From NCBI RefSeq assembly GCF_000002075.1, contig NW_004798120.1, positions 107,848 to 171,847 on the forward strand: a stretch of 64,000 bases of DNA. The letters are read 5' to 3'. Both the position numbers and the translations under genes were made by a program. This DNA comes from Aplysia californica. Lineage: Eukaryota. The notes under the pieces were generated by a model. That model was given only the letters and a program-made list of their open reading frames with translations, ran no database searches and had not been told where the DNA came from. The stretch's first letter is position 1; each line of letters starts with the position of its first letter. Shown in pieces: positions 25,040-38,596 of the stretch.

Positions 25040-25905
25040 TTACGGTTCTGTGAAGCTGATGTCGCTGCTTTAGTTAAAACAACGCAGTCAAATTTCAGGT
25101 TGATATTGGGTTCATGGAATCAATGAGCTCTGTAAAACATTAATTTACTTTTTACAAATATCGTCATTTTGTGGATAATGCTCCTAGAAATGACGATTAA
25201 AAAAAAAATCTTATCTGAAAATGAAGGCTGTTACAGTCCAACTTCTCTTTGATAATAGCGCGCCCTAGTGCGGCAGGTTTTCTGCTACAGGTTAACCTGC
25301 AGATACCCGCTTTGAGAAGTCTTTTGTTTAGTTCGAAACCGCCCAAAGTTAACGCTTGTTACCAGCGGTTAGTTGCGGGCAACCCGCGCAGCAATTTTAC
25401 CGGAACGGGGTGATTATTCGCACCCGGGTTAAGGATAAACTGGATATTCTCAGCCGGGGTGAGAATGAAATTGATACTATTCTCACCCCGGGTGGGAATA
25501 ACGACAGCCTACTATTCTCATCCGGTTTTCTTTAGTTTCGGGTGTCATAGGACCCCTGTCACCAGACCTGTCACTGAGCACTCCAGGCGACAAAATTCGC
25601 CTCCCTCTGTCACTCTGCTGATCGCGCGAGGCGACTAAAATCGCCAACGGGCGGGCCAGCTCTCGAGTGCGGGAGGCGAGTATTGTCGATTTGGGGGAAA
25701 ACATTATCTTTTGAGCTAACAGTCACCTTTTGTTGCTACAGTATTTATTGGTTCCGTAGACCTAAAGGAAAATTTTACTCTTGAATGGTTTATTAACCAA
25801 TCAAAATTAATTTTTTTAAATAATAAAAAATAAAAAATAAAAAAGCCTAAGGTCAAGGCCCTGCGTGCTTTAAAAATAACTGTGGATTCTGCTAAGGATA
25901 ATGTT

Positions 25906-26300
25906 AACCCCCGGGGGGGGGGGGGGGGGGGGGGGGCAGTGCCACTGATTGTAGTGTCTTTAGGCCATTCCCAAAGGGGGGACATTTATCGTTCAAGCAC
26001 AGTAGAATTATAAATGGGCTGATTCATTGCCCGATCTACAATAGGGAACTGCTGCTTTTTCTTTCTTAATCCTTACTATTGTCATTTTCCCCAACTTCTT
26101 TTGTATGTTTGTCACTCTCTTGTGACCCGCTATTTCCGGGGTGCCTTGGTAGTCGAAGTAGACTTTGTGCTGTTGAAGCTAGACAGGTGAGCAGAATAAG
26201 TCTGATTCCCTGTAAAGACTTCTCTGTTGACACCCACCCCTTGGCGCTCATATGACCTTATGCAGTTGCGATCGCCGTAAAACCCTCTACTATAAAAAAA
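25906..26300 (+). mobile_element. Short retroposon family B copy
   Basis: Homologous to 9934-10328. Confidence 0.85.
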
Positions 26301-27103
26301 AAACAAGCCAAAAAAGCATGTTTTTTGGGTTGTAAACAAATGCCAATTCTAACATTACAAAGACAAACTATTACTAACATCATTTCATTAAACAGCTTTC
26401 AGTTAAGGCTATTATTTTTAAAAACATACTACTCTGGCAAGTGAATTCCTTTCTGAATTTAGAATATACACTTGGGTTTTTGGTGAAGATATGCTTGCAT
26501 ACTCAAGATTTTTAAAAATGAAACTTTAACAATACCCGAGGGAGCCTAGAAAAATCGGCCAGCGCTCTGGGGGCAGTTCACGAACCTCTTACAATTCACA
26601 AATTATTTTGTATCATCTGTTCTCAACACCCAGGTAGGCCTAAGAATAAAATTCCATTGCATTCTCAGACCGGGTGAGAATAACCTCAATCAACAGTAGT
26701 ATGTTATCTAAAAGTTGGACCTCCTAGTTCAACGTCCATCTCCAAAAGGACCGAGCCAAATGGGAATTTCGTGTGAAGTGCCTTTCCCAAGAACACAACG
26801 TCGGACCGAGCTGAGGCTCGAATCCACGAACCCGCAACCTCACGATTACGTGTACGATAGCCTAACCACTGGGCAACTGGCGCCGTTGTAAAGCGCGTGG
26901 AACATTCTAAATTATGGAAATGCGTTAAGAAAATGGTTCGTTTTATTACTACTAGTAGTAGTGGTCGTCGTAACACCGAATGTCTTTAACACTGATTTGA
27001 CCTATTTCCGTTGCAAATACCGTAAAACTCTTACTGAAAGGTCAGCAAAGCGCATAATGTCTTACACAATGTGATGCCGTCATGCTTGCACAAGTCTGTG
27101 TAT

Positions 27104-28165
27104 CTATTTCTCCTCTCGTTTTCCCAGACTTCGTGTTGTGCCAAGTTTCCGCCACAAAGCCGCCACCTGCTGTCTGTAGCTGGAGTTGTAAGTGATGTAC
27201 ACAAAGATGTTGAGAGAGGAGCAGAGAAGAAGCAGAGAGATTCTGACAAGTCCCACAAGGCTATAGATTTCTCCAAGCTGTCTGAAGTCGTTGAACTCTG
27301 GCTCCACATAGGAAGCGTACATGATGAGAACGCTGGGTAGATTGCAGACGACAAACATGGCGGCCACAACCACCACAGATTGCACCGCCCTCAGCTCTTT
27401 TCCCGAGAGTTGTGCCCCCTTGGACGGCTCCTTGCTTCCTGGCAACTCTGAGGACATTCGGAATTTTGTCGCCTGTTTGAGTTTTCCGGTTAGGACAAAA
27501 AGACAGCTGATGACCACGACCTGAGAGATGGTTGGGTCTGCAGCCAAGACCAGGGGGTACAAAATGATCACTATCGTCTGCCGGTAGGGCGAATAATTTG
27601 GAATAACTACCGTTTTGTTCAAACGTGGGATAAATGCCCACCGAAATCCTATACTGAGAAACAAAGGAGCATAACAGGCAAAGCAAACTAGTGTAAGAAC
27701 AAGTAGGGTGGCCAGGACTTTTTTGATTGTGAAAATAAATTTGAACTTGAGCGGGAGCGCCACGCAGCAACACTTTTGAACCGTGAGGTAGACCGTGAAG
27801 AAGGTGGACATTTTGTAGGTCATCTGGAAACTGTAGAGCACCTGGACGTACAGCGTGTAGACAAGAGGGGGTGACGTTCCTATCCGGAAATCGAGAAGTG
27901 GATTCACAATAAAAAGTACAAGGGAAAGCAGATCGGTAACTGTGAGCGCAAAGAGAGTGATTGATGTCGCACTTTCCAGTATACCTGTTCTTCGAAATAT
28001 CTCCACGTTACACAGATTTGTGAGGATGCCAAACACAGCTATACACATGTTGGTGGTGCGGATGACATTTCTGATCATCTCAACACTGTAGACAACCGGG
28101 TGTGACGTCACTGGTGCAGTTACAGTACAGTTTAGCACACACGTTTCTGATACAACAGTTGTCAT
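27104..28165 (-). CDS. Intronless rhodopsin-class (7TM) GPCR, peptide-receptor-related, resembling gastropod chemosensory receptors (~353 aa from the ATG at 28165)
   Basis: Uninterrupted ORF with seven hydrophobic segments: TM1 FGILTN, TM2 LTVTDLL, TM3 end QKCCCVALPLKFK (DRY-position variant), TM6 FVVCNLP, TM7 SSLNIFVYITYNSSYR. N-glycosylation site NCT near the N-terminus. The ORF-track start at 28234 is not an ATG. Confidence 0.9.
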   Translation of the reverse strand: MTTVVSETCVLNCTVTAPVTSHPVVYSVEMIRNVIRTTNMCIAVFGILTNLCNVEIFRRTGILESATSITLFALTVTDLLSLVLFIVNPLLDFRIGTSPPLVYTLYVQVLYSFQMTYKMSTFFTVYLTVQKCCCVALPLKFKFIFTIKKVLATLLVLTLVCFACYAPLFLSIGFRWAFIPRLNKTVVIPNYSPYRQTIVIILYPLVLAADPTISQVVVISCLFVLTGKLKQATKFRMSSELPGSKEPSKGAQLSGKELRAVQSVVVVAAMFVVCNLPSVLIMYASYVEPEFNDFRQLGEIYSLVGLVRISLLLLCSSLNIFVYITYNSSYRQQVAALWRKLGTTRSLGKREEK

Positions 28166-28931
28166 GTTTTCAGTCACTGATTTCGATGTGAAGGAACGTA
28201 AAACGGCGCAAATTTTGTTTTCAAAGTGATACAAACAACCTTAGCTTAGCTCATTGAAGACGTGACATCTGGTCAATGAACAATGATTGAAGACGGGCTG
28301 GTTCGGGCACTTAAAAAAGAAGCAGCACATACAGAGTTTATTTGCTTTATCTGAAACTTTAAAAAAAATACAAGTGACAGTGTGATTACTATGACATGTG
28401 CAATTTCGTGTTTGGTGATAGGAAATGTGCTAAAACATTACCATTGGCCAGCTTCTGGTTGGGGTTGTATGTGCCCTCTATGGTACGTCCTTAGGGTGTT
28501 AAAATGTCCTTGAAGAAATCAACAGTGTTCGTTTCACCCACAGTCATATATTATGTCTTAGCACAAAAACCTCTATTGTATTCGTTTAACTCTGGTTGGA
28601 TGAACAAAGGGATCAAAGGAGGTACTACTTGAAGTAGCTCACGTGGGCTGCTCGCTGATAAAAACAACTATGAAGAGACGAATGTAGTTTCTGGGACACC
28701 TGTAGAGACAGAAAGGCCTTGACATCTAACTTTCACTTGTAAGATTGAAGGCAAGCGAGGCTGAGGTAGACCCAGAGCAAGTTACTTGGAAAGCCTAAAC
28801 AGATGGGCGACGCGGAAAGATCAGGATTACGTAGTTTTGTTGAGAGCATCAGAACAAAGAAACGACTTGCGAGCCTTGATCGACGATGTCTGTCGTAGAT
28901 CTGACAATTTTTTGATGAGAGTGGCCGAACC

Positions 28932-29200
28932 GGCGTCTATGGTGTAGTGGTTTACGTCTGTGCCTCGCATGTGAATGGTGTGAGATATTTCCCTTTCTGA
29001 TTCTGCCCGGATCTGCCCCTCTCAACCCGGGTGACCCTGACAGACAGAACTGAAGCCCTCACACTGGAATCGTGGGTGGTTGGAGGGTGTTGTGATGTGG
29101 TATGTTCCTTCTTTCTTATTATCGAAGGTCCATCGTCTTTATCTCTTCTCTTTCTTGTTTTTATATGTTGCTCTCCAGTGACACTTCTAATTTTCGGAAC
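28932..29200 (+). mobile_element. SINE family A, copy retaining the tRNA-like head
   Basis: GGCGTCTATGGTGTAGTGGTT (A box) runs into ccctctcaacccgggtgaccctgacagac..aatcgtgggtggttgg.. and then the family-A body. Similar heads at ~6636 and ~9449. Confidence 0.65.
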
Positions 29201-30647
29201 TTAGAATCTATATCATTATGATCCAAGTTTGTTGCAAGCGTTGATAAATCTACTAAACCTTAAATACTCTATCATTGAATGTGTAAATTGAACAATTTGA
29301 AAATTTTAAGTCGTCTAATTCTACGATGGATTTACGAACTGACAAAATTTGCCTTTTAACTACAATTATGAATCTATCCGAGCAATAAAATGTTAATTCT
29401 CTCCTCTTTGTCAGTGTGTGAGCCCTTAATCGTGTGTTTGCACTGCAATCATTATGCTTCACGGGAAGCCGAGAATTTTTCTGCGTGTTCTAGGATTGGT
29501 CTCCGGTGGTAATAATGACTGTGTAGCGCACAGAGTACGAATATGCGCTTTATGGATGCAATTATTAGTACTATTATTAAAGATAATGTGTACCATTAGT
29601 TTCACTTTTGCTTGTGTTGCAGTGCGAGATATTAAGATGTGACTGTTTGCCCTTGGCGTAAACCGATAATCTCGAACTTGACGAACGCTGGCCTGTGATA
29701 ACTTCCGCTCTCACAGGTTCTCAGTTCTCAGTGTTCACTTACATCAAAGCTTTGGTTAGACGTGTAATACGTTTATAATAATGTGTCACCATTTTCGTCT
29801 TTGGCGAGGTTAGCATTTGCCTCCTATGGGCAAAATCAAATTTAGATCAATTCACATTATCTGGCACATTAAAGGCTTTATAATTGATGCGGTAATTCTA
29901 TAACTAGGGTTTTTTTAAAACCCACGGTGCTGTTCCTTGAGGGCTTTGTCTTGAACCCACTCAACGGTTGATCATTTAGTAAATAGAGGAAGCGTGCGAA
30001 TCAATCATTTCTTCTAGACCTAGGTGCTGATTGCTTCATTTTTTTAAATTATGTCTTTACCCGGCGGGTCTATTTCGATTGGTTAGGTGGGTGGCTGGTG
30101 GATGCTTTGGTGTGGTTTGCTCTTTAATGCTTCCTTTCTAACGGCTATCATCCTTAAATCTCCTCCTTATTTACTATTTACGAATGTTCCTCTCCAGTAA
30201 CACCTCTAATCTTAGGCACTTATCTGTACTACCGGTATATTATCATTTCGTTGCATTGGTTTTTAGACGAAACCACTCACTTTACTGAGCTCAAAATCTA
30301 CACAAAGATAGCTTTCAAAATTCCCAAGAGCATGATAGAGCCCGATTTTCATGATTTTTAACTAAGAATTTGCAGAATTGTAAATTTCAATCGCTGTTTT
30401 CGTTATGACCAGAACTGAGTTATTATTTTCTTGTCCATTGCGTAAAAGTGTGCTCAGTAAAGGTTCACAGTCTCAAGAGGAAAGGGGGGGGGGGGGGGGT
30501 GAATTCCAAGCGCGCACATGTCTTACTTTTGATTGTGTTGTTAAAACATTTTTGACAGTTAATTTTTTTTAATAAAGCAAATTAACTCTGCTTATCGAGC
30601 TTCTGAAAATTCAGCTGTCAAAATTATCCCTACCTTTATATTTAATC

Positions 30648-33262
30648 TTACTTTTACTTTTACTTTTTTCTTCCGCTTGTACCCTGGGGTGTCGCGGGGA
30701 GACACGGGCGTCTGTCTGCAGCAAGTCGTGTGGCCTGTAGGAGGGACATCCCGTGAGCTCTAAGGGTGTCTGCCACAGATTCACTCCATCGTCGCCTTGG
30801 TCTTCCTCTGGCTCTCCATCCAGAATATTTAGTGTTCTATGCTCTCAGAGCTGGATGGTTTTAGGGCATCCGCGTGAGGTGTCCGAACCACTTGACCTTT
30901 TGTTTTTCAATGTGTGATAGGACTGGTGTTGCTCCCACGGTGTCCCTTATGACTTTATTTTTAATTTGGTCTCTTCTTGTTTTGTTGACCGCTCTTCTTA
31001 AGCATTTCATCTCGCATGTGACCTGTTTCCTCTCTTAGGGCTTTTGATAGGGACCATGTCTGGCACTGGTATGTGAGGGTTGGAAGGAAAATGGCGTTGA
31101 TGAGCTTCGCCTTGGTGCTCATGGGGACATTGGGATGTTTCAGGAGAGGGCCGAGTTGGTAGCTGACTGCGTTGGCTCTCTGGCATCTAGTCTCTATTTC
31201 TCGATCTAATTTTCCATTTTCTGTGAAATTGCTGCCCGAGTATTTTAATTCTCTGCTTTGTTTTAGTTGGGATCCATTGATGTTGATATCCACTTTGCCT
31301 GGTCTCCTGTTAATTGTCATGACTTCTGTCTTGCTAATACTGATCTTCATGCCATATTTTTGGCAGCTCGCATTTAGTTGGTTCATATGCTCCTGTAGCT
31401 GGATCTTGTTGTTAATCATTGCCAGGTCGTCTGCAAACATGAGTTCGTTGAGTGCCTCTGGGTCTGGATTGGCCTCTTTTGTTATCTGGTCTATGTAGAT
31501 CACGAAGAGCAGAGGGGAGAGATTCTGACTCCGGATGTTACTGGAAACCAGTCTGATGTTCCACTGGTAGTTCGGACAGCGCTTCTGCTGTTGGCATAGA
31601 TAGCCCTGATGTTGTCTAGCAGTTGTCCCTTGATGTCGTACTGCTCTAAGATCTTCCATAGCTTGTTTCTATTTACTCGATCAAAGGCTTTTTCTTGATC
31701 CACAAATACGAGATGAAGATCTTTGTCGTGTTCCAAAGCCCTCTCACACAGTTGTCGGAGTGCGAAGATTGCATCAGTGCACCCTCTTCCTTTTCTAAAA
31801 CCAAACTGGGCGTCACTGAGAAGACGTTCGGCTTTTGCGCGAGTGCGTCGCTCTAGGATTTTTGCATACATTTTCCCCGCATGGCTGAGAAGAGATATGC
31901 CCCTATAGGTGTTGCAGTTGCAGTCTTTCTTGCTGCTCTTTTTTTCCATATTAGCACCACTATCGCATTTTGCCAGTCTGCTGGTACTTTTCTTTCTTTC
32001 CATGCTTTCTGGAAGACGATTGTAAGCCAATGTATTCCGGTTTCGCCGCAGGCAAGGATGGCTTCGGTTGTGATGCCATCGTCTCCAGCTGCCTTGTTCT
32101 TTGGACTAGTCTTCAGTGCTTCTCTCACTTCACTCTCCAGGGTGGTAGGTTCTGAGTGCTCAGGGTAGTTGGCGGTGGAGGGGCACTGTGTGTTTTGTGC
32201 CTGTACTCCTGATGGGTTTAGTAGTTCTTGAAAATATTCTTCCCATCTTTTTATTATTCCTTTCTCTTCGTGTAGAGCTTCTCAATTAGTATTGTTGATG
32301 ACAGTGGTGGGTACATAGGGTTCGTCTCTCACTTTCATTGTCTTTACCTTCTTGTAGAACTCTCTTGGTGAGGTCTTGCAGGTTTCACTTAGTTTTTCGC
32401 CATACTGGGTCCATGACTTTTCTTTTGATGTTATAACGACTTTCTTGCTGTGTCTTCTTGCAAGTCTATATTTAATGTAGTCCTCTTCGTTTTTTTACTT
32501 GACCAATACATTATACAGTCTCCTTTTTTCCTTGATAGCATCCCTAACTTGGCTGTTGCTTTTCTGTGTTTTCCTCTTGTTTTCTTGGTACCGCAGACTT
32601 CTTTCATTGTGTCCAGGAGAGTTGCTTTGAAGGTATCCCAAGCTTCCTCTACGGTTAGTATTGTAGAGTTGATAGAGCCTAGCTTTTCATTTAGCGTGCT
32701 TCTGATCTGAGCCTGCACCTGATCATCTCCAAGTTTATGCCTATTTAGTCTCTCTTGCTGTCTTTTATGGTTTTTTGGTTTTCTTTCTTTCTTGGTGGTC
32801 AACTTTGTGATGATTGGCCTGTGGTCTGTGTCCAGATCTGCATTGGAGATGGCTCTTGAGTCTGTGATTGTGATCCGCAGTCGTGATCTCGTTAATATGA
32901 AGTCGATCTGTGATGAGACCATGATGTTGTTCCATCTGTATCAGGTGTAGATCTGAGAGGCCCGGTCCTGGAAGAAGGTGTTGGTGGTGAATAAGTCGTG
33001 CTCTGCACACAGTTCCAATATATGATTGCCGTTATGATTGCATGGTGTTCTGTGGTCACTGTGTGGACCCAGGTGTTTTTTCCACGGTGCTCTTCTCTCT
33101 CCGACTCTTCCGTTGAAGTCTCCCATTACATAAAAGTCTTCCTCGTCTGGAGTGCTGCTAATTAAGTCCGAGAGTTGTTCGAAGAAAGAGTCCTTTTCTT
33201 TGTCTGAGTAGGAGTCGTTGCACGGTGCATACACCTGGATGTAGTTTGTGGTCCTTTTGCCC
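30648..33262 (-). mobile_element. RTE-clade LINE, 5'-truncated and decayed
   Basis: Endonuclease motifs QVYAP, MGDFNGRVG, NTFF, SQIDFIL, TDH. RT motifs KAAGDDGI, YRGISLLSHAGKMYAKIL, QFGFRKGRGCTDAIFALRQL, FVDQEKAFDRV, LSPLLF, LMFADD. Multiple frameshifts; (AAAGTA)n tail at ~30648-30668. Confidence 0.95.
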
Positions 33263-33368
33263 TCTACTCTCTTTTATCTACTCTTCTAAATCTCACTTTT
33301 CTCTTATTGATCTACAATGAAACCTGCCATCAATTCTTGACCAGGTACTGTAGGTTAACAGTATACTC

Positions 33369-33810
33369 TAGGTGAGGCATCGCAATGAAATCAGGCGCTC
33401 GTCAAATTTTGGAAATGTGGAGTTATTGGTGTTGCCTTAGAGCTTGATCAATTACCTTGTATTCGATGAAAGAATTACCCATTTATCTTGAGTACATGTT
33501 CAAATATTTGCTATTGAAAAGGTGGGGGTCACCTGGTTTCAGGGGTAAAATTAGTGATAAAAAGGCCGCCAAAATTTGGACATTTACAAAGCCTCAGAGT
33601 CTTTAGAAATTGACAATTTACATTTGTGTGCCTTTAATCAACCTTCTTTCAATATAGTTCACATTGAAATGGGCTATTAAATAGACATAGAAGGTTTTAT
33701 GCTAAAAAAACAAAATTTGGATTGAAAATTTACAAACCAGCGGGAAAATGTCAGTTTCTTTAATCCCATTATTCTGACGAGCGCCTGCTTTCACCCCGCT
33801 GCCTCACCTA
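33369..33810. mobile_element. MITE family 1 copy with the best-preserved TIRs
   Basis: TAGGTGAGGCATCGCAATGAAATCAGGCGCTCGTCA ... TGACGAGCGCCTGCTTTCACCCCGCTGCCTCACCTA. Confidence 0.85.
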
Positions 33811-36439
33811 TGTCATCGGAGAGAAGACGGAGCCTACAATTGGTCGCTTTTAAGGACAAGCGGGCTCACCCAGATTTTGGGGGTTTCCCGAAATCTTGAC
33901 CTACCTTCCCCAAGTGGGAATTGCCCTCCCGAAGGAGAAGTTTTGTTTCATTGATGTGTATATTTCATTCGTTTGATTCAAGAAAAAACTCGCCTTGTCT
34001 TTTAAAGAAACTGACCGAGGGGCAAAAACTTTACCTTCGATTTTCTCAAAACAGCGATAGGGTGCCCACCTCGTGACACAATTGGAGCAGAAGATTGGAC
34101 TGTCATTGACTTCAAGAAACGCTATTCTGAAGTTAAAATATGTACTACCTACTGACCCAGNNNNNNNNNNNNNNNNNNNNNNNNNNNNNNNNNNNNNNNN
34201 NNNNNNNNNNNNNNNNNNNNNNNNNNNNNNNNNNNNNNNNNNNNNNNNNNNNNNNNNNNNNNNNNNNNNNNNNNNNNNNNNNNNNNNNNNNNNNNNNCAC
34301 ACTAAGCCTAGTATTAGTAGTGGTGTTGGTATGTTTTCCTGCTGCACTACTAGCGGAGATTCAGGGGCGGCTCGTGGGGCTAAAAAGTGGGCGTGCACAT
34401 TTAATTAAGCTATCACACGCTGAAGATAGTGAAGGGCATAGTAAATTGGATGGTGTATTATTTTAGGATCTTTTGGGTTGGTGAAGGATGACCTCGGGCT
34501 ATTAATTTCATTTCTTTTACTTGTCGATTTGATTTCTAGAACGAAATCTGTTTGTTAGCCCTTAACATCATGCATTAGAACTGAACACTCAAGTAATAAC
34601 TTTCATCACTCCACAACAAAACCATTCAAACACACAATTCATAGGACGGTGACTTGAGTATGTCACGTTCACCTCCCTCAGGTTCACGGCCACAGGGTCA
34701 CTTAAAATAGCCTAGTGGCAAGACGATGTACCAATCAGAATTCACTTGAGCACTCTGTTGGATTGCTCCGGGCTCACATCATTTTGGCATAGAACAGTGT
34801 ACTGTCTATCGCGTTTATTTTTAGACTGCCTACTCTGTGGGCTATGTTTCATCACTACTCGGCAGGAGCACATTTGAGATGTGACGACTTATTATTATTA
34901 ATATACCGCCAAACTCGCTACAAGTGTCGTCATCGCTTAGGTTATCCCAAAGAGCGATTTATAGGTTAGGTTACCACTGTTGAATCTCCTATTAGTGTAT
35001 TACGTTTAGCTAAAGCGCGTGGCTTTGGCATGGCATAGTAGATGTTTTACGGCGCTATAGACACAGAAATGACAGCAAGGACCTCGTTTTGATATAATAT
35101 TTGACTAGTTTTTGTTTCTGGTGTCTTTTATTTTATCATTGTGGATTCTATACGTAAAAGAATTTAGCTTTCTGCAGCAAAACTGTCTCAAAACTGAAAA
35201 AACGAAGGGCGTCACGATCTGGAGAATACTATAAAGAATCTTTGGCGAAAACCGCATGTCGATCGATGCAGCCATTAAAAAGCCTTTTGAATAGTAAAAT
35301 TCGGCCACCACAAATAGATAATAGATATACACATACACATAATTATTATAATTATATGCATTACACATACACTTCATACACACAATGCACATGCTCCACA
35401 AACACATANNNNNNNNNNNNNNNNNNNNNNNNNNNNNNNNNNNNNNNNNNNNNNNNNNNNNNNNNNNNNNNNNNNNNNNNNNNNNNNNNNNNNNNNNNNN
35501 NNNNNNNNNNNNNNNNNNNNNNNNNNNNNNNNNNNNNNNNNNNNNNNNNNNNNNNNNNNNNNNNNNNNNNNNNNNNNNNNNNNNNNNNNNNNNNNNNNNN
35601 NNNNNNNNNNNNNNNNNNNNNNNNNNNNNNNNNNNNNNNNNNNNNNNNNNNNNNNNNNNNNNNNNNNNNNNNNNNNNNNANNNNNNNNNNNNNNNNNNNN
35701 NNNNNNNNNNNNNNNNNNNNNNNNNNNNNNNNNNNNNNNNNNNNNNNNNNNNNNNNNNNNNNNNNNNNNNNNNNNNNNNNNNNNNNNNNNNNNNNNNNNN
35801 NNNNNNNNNNNNNNNAAGAACGAAGGCCTATAGCATAACTTTAGAATTTATTCGTTTTGTGTCGTAACAATTTTGTGTAAGATAAGCATCATTATTCCGA
35901 TTTGACGGATTGTTTTTGATAAGTTGTTTCTTCTTTTTTTTTTTTTTTTTAAAGGAAACTGGTAGCGTAGCCTAATTACCGCTACAGTTTGTTTTCTTGG
36001 GAATGTCTGCCCAAACGTTTGCAATAATATATTCGACTTTATCGTTGTGCTTCTGGTCTGTTTTGTCATAAATAAACCTGTAGATTCTACTTGAGGACTT
36101 CTACAATTAGTTTCTGGTCCTCTATAAAATATTTTTCTTTCTTTTTTTCCGTTTTATTTTTGGTCAACCGGTCTCCACACACACAGCCGACAGCGTACTG
36201 TGTGGCAAAATACATGTAACACACTTCACTAGGTAGGCCTGATCGCTCGCGGCGGTCTACGTTCAAAGGTGCAGATTTTTAAAAATACGTTTATCAATAA
36301 GTTACCCCCTCCCCCTTTCCCCAATATGAGAGATTTCCTAAAAGGCACAATACACACCATTCCTCGCCTTACCTAAAGGCCCATCCCCCCCCCCCCAAGG
36401 AGATTAAAAGTAATGATGTTATGTACTATGTAATCTCAA

Positions 36440-36742
36440 AACAGGAAAATACAACCGGCAGTCGGCAGAATGACAGAAAACGGCGCGAGAGCTGTTGTAA
36501 AAGTTGGAATGACATTTCGCCAGCTGATCAGTTTGGCGGGAAGTCAACCTGTTGCTTGCTTCCGCTGCTTGACACTTGACAACTTGACTGACACTGACGC
36601 TTCAGAAGTGCCACTGACTAGGCCTACTCCACGCTTCTCAACCTCGACAACTAGATCTAGATCTAGATCTAATAACATAATTTTACTCCCGGCGGCTTCG
36701 TGCGAAGTGTATTCTCTAGCCTACTCTAGGTTGCCCGTAAGT
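36440..36742 (+). promoter_or_regulatory. Probable promoter and non-coding first exon of the SRA gene (donor GTAAGT at 36737; acceptor before 37511)
   Basis: Locally CpG-richer sequence, a consensus donor, and an acceptor ttcccgtcag 32 nt upstream of the ATG at 37543. The TSS cannot be determined. Confidence 0.55.
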
Positions 36743-37252
36743 TGTCAAGTGACATCATTGTCTTGTAGTTGTAGTCATGTAGCCTCATTGTGACTCATTA
36801 CTCATTGTCATTGTATGTGTAGATCTAGATCTAGATCTAGTCTAGATTCTAGAATTCTAGATTCTAATCTAGATCTAGAAAAATCTATGTATGTAGCCTC
36901 CATACCCCTGTACTACATCTAGAGCTAGATCTAAATATCTAGAATCTGCAGGGTGCTTGCCCCCCCCCCCCCCCCCCCCCCGATACCCCCCATGAGCCCC
37001 ATGTTAGAAACTTGTAAGTCAAATATTACTTCCCACTGGTCCTTGATCTAGATTCTAGATGTCTAGTTCTGTTTTTAAACATCTATAACTCAATAACTAT
37101 TGATTTGCGGCAAAAATGAAGGCCATATTCGTGTTCAGCATGCAAAATACCACTAGAGAAAAAAAGTATATATATAATTATATAGATCTATAAGATCTAG
37201 AATCTAGATCTAGCTATCTAGATCTAGATCTAGATCTAGTTCTAGATCTAGA
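36650..37252. repeat. Clusters of self-complementary (TCTAGA/AGATCT)n repeats
   Basis: Arrays at 36651-36671, 36819-36878, ~36917-36942, ~37046-37066 and 37184-37252; another at 38948-38968. Confidence 0.9.
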
Positions 37253-37542
37253 TATTATATAAACGTGTACATGAGAAGAAACGGGTGCATGACTAAAAAA
37301 AAACATTATTCAGGATTGAACTTACTCACTTTCTGTTTCAACGGCTGCAAAAAAAATTTTGGTTAAAGTTATAATTAACTATTTTTATATTGTCATTTCC
37401 CGATTTTTTAAAGCTCATTTTATAATCTTTTTGTTGTTCTCACAGTGTTTATGTTCCTCTCATCCTACTTGATTGATATAAATTATATTATGTTTTATAA
37501 TTCCCGTCAGGTCTATCTCTGGCACAAAGTGTTGCTGCGAAG

Positions 37543-38565
37543 ATGTCAAGTTACGAATCGATCAGGTTAAAGAACCTGGAAGACAACAAGCGAGTGCTGG
37601 CTTCCTTTGGGCTGCTGGACCCGGTGAGTGAGAATTGTGATCTAATTCTGCTTAAAAAGTCTTAAGGGCTTATTTTTATTATTTATAGTATACATCATTT
37701 TTAACATTAGCGTGTGTTGCAGATAAATTATACGAAGTGACTATTTCTCCGAATGTTCGGAGAAATAGTGCTGATCTTTATTTCTCCGAACGGTTTCCGG
37801 CTTCCGGTCTCGTGATTTTTTGTCTATTTATTTTTTGCTAGAGTTTGGCGCCAACTTTCATTCTGCCTCTGGCCTCTGGTCTGGGAAGGAACACCGCATG
37901 GCAAGCCCGCCTACAGACAACCTTCAGTAACACCCACCACCATCATGCACATGTACACACACTAACTAAACATGACCAGTGGGCAACTTTTGAACGTATG
38001 ACGAGCTGAGCTGTGGACGGAGAGACAGTGTGAGTGAAAGAGCGGGTGAAAGGAAGAATGTGCGAGTGTATCCACAGGCGACAGCAACTACAAGACAAGA
38101 CGACGACACCGACCCCCTGGCCTGGTCCACAGCTCACGAAAGAAAGGAATGCAGCTCAGGCAGTGTTTTGCCTATATTATTGTCCATGGTTCGCAGGGTG
38201 CAAAGGAAAGAATGATATTTTCTTTGTGTGTGCCTGGAGGGAGGGGGTGGGGTATGAAGAAAGTCATGCGGACAGGGATGAGCCGCGGGAGAGAACACGG
38301 GAATTGAATGAGTGAGGGAAACTGAAAGAGACGAACGACTCATGAGCCCTGGAGTGAATGGATCCTGTGTTTCTATTTTTGTATACTTTGAACTGTTACT
38401 GAATACANNNNNNNNNNNNNNNNNNNNNNNNNNNNNNNNNNNNNNNNNNNNNNNNNNNNNNNNNNNNNNNNNNNNNNNNNNNNNNNNNNNNNNNNNNNNN
38501 NNNNNNNNNNNNNNNNNNNNNNNNNNNNNNNNNNNNNNNCCACACACAGACACACTCACACACGC

Positions 38566-38596
<31 letters not shown>

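Noticed and set aside
35680-35680. Single base inside an N gap
   Set aside because: Masking or assembly artefact.
36365-36500. Minus-strand donor-like site suggesting a divergent transcript from the SRA promoter
   Set aside because: A single motif with no identifiable downstream exon.
36470-36793. 107-aa ORF as an N-terminal coding exon of the SRA gene
   Set aside because: Spliced at 36737 to 37511 it is out of frame with the main ORF and stops at 37568-37570. It also runs through TCTAGA repeats. At most a uORF.
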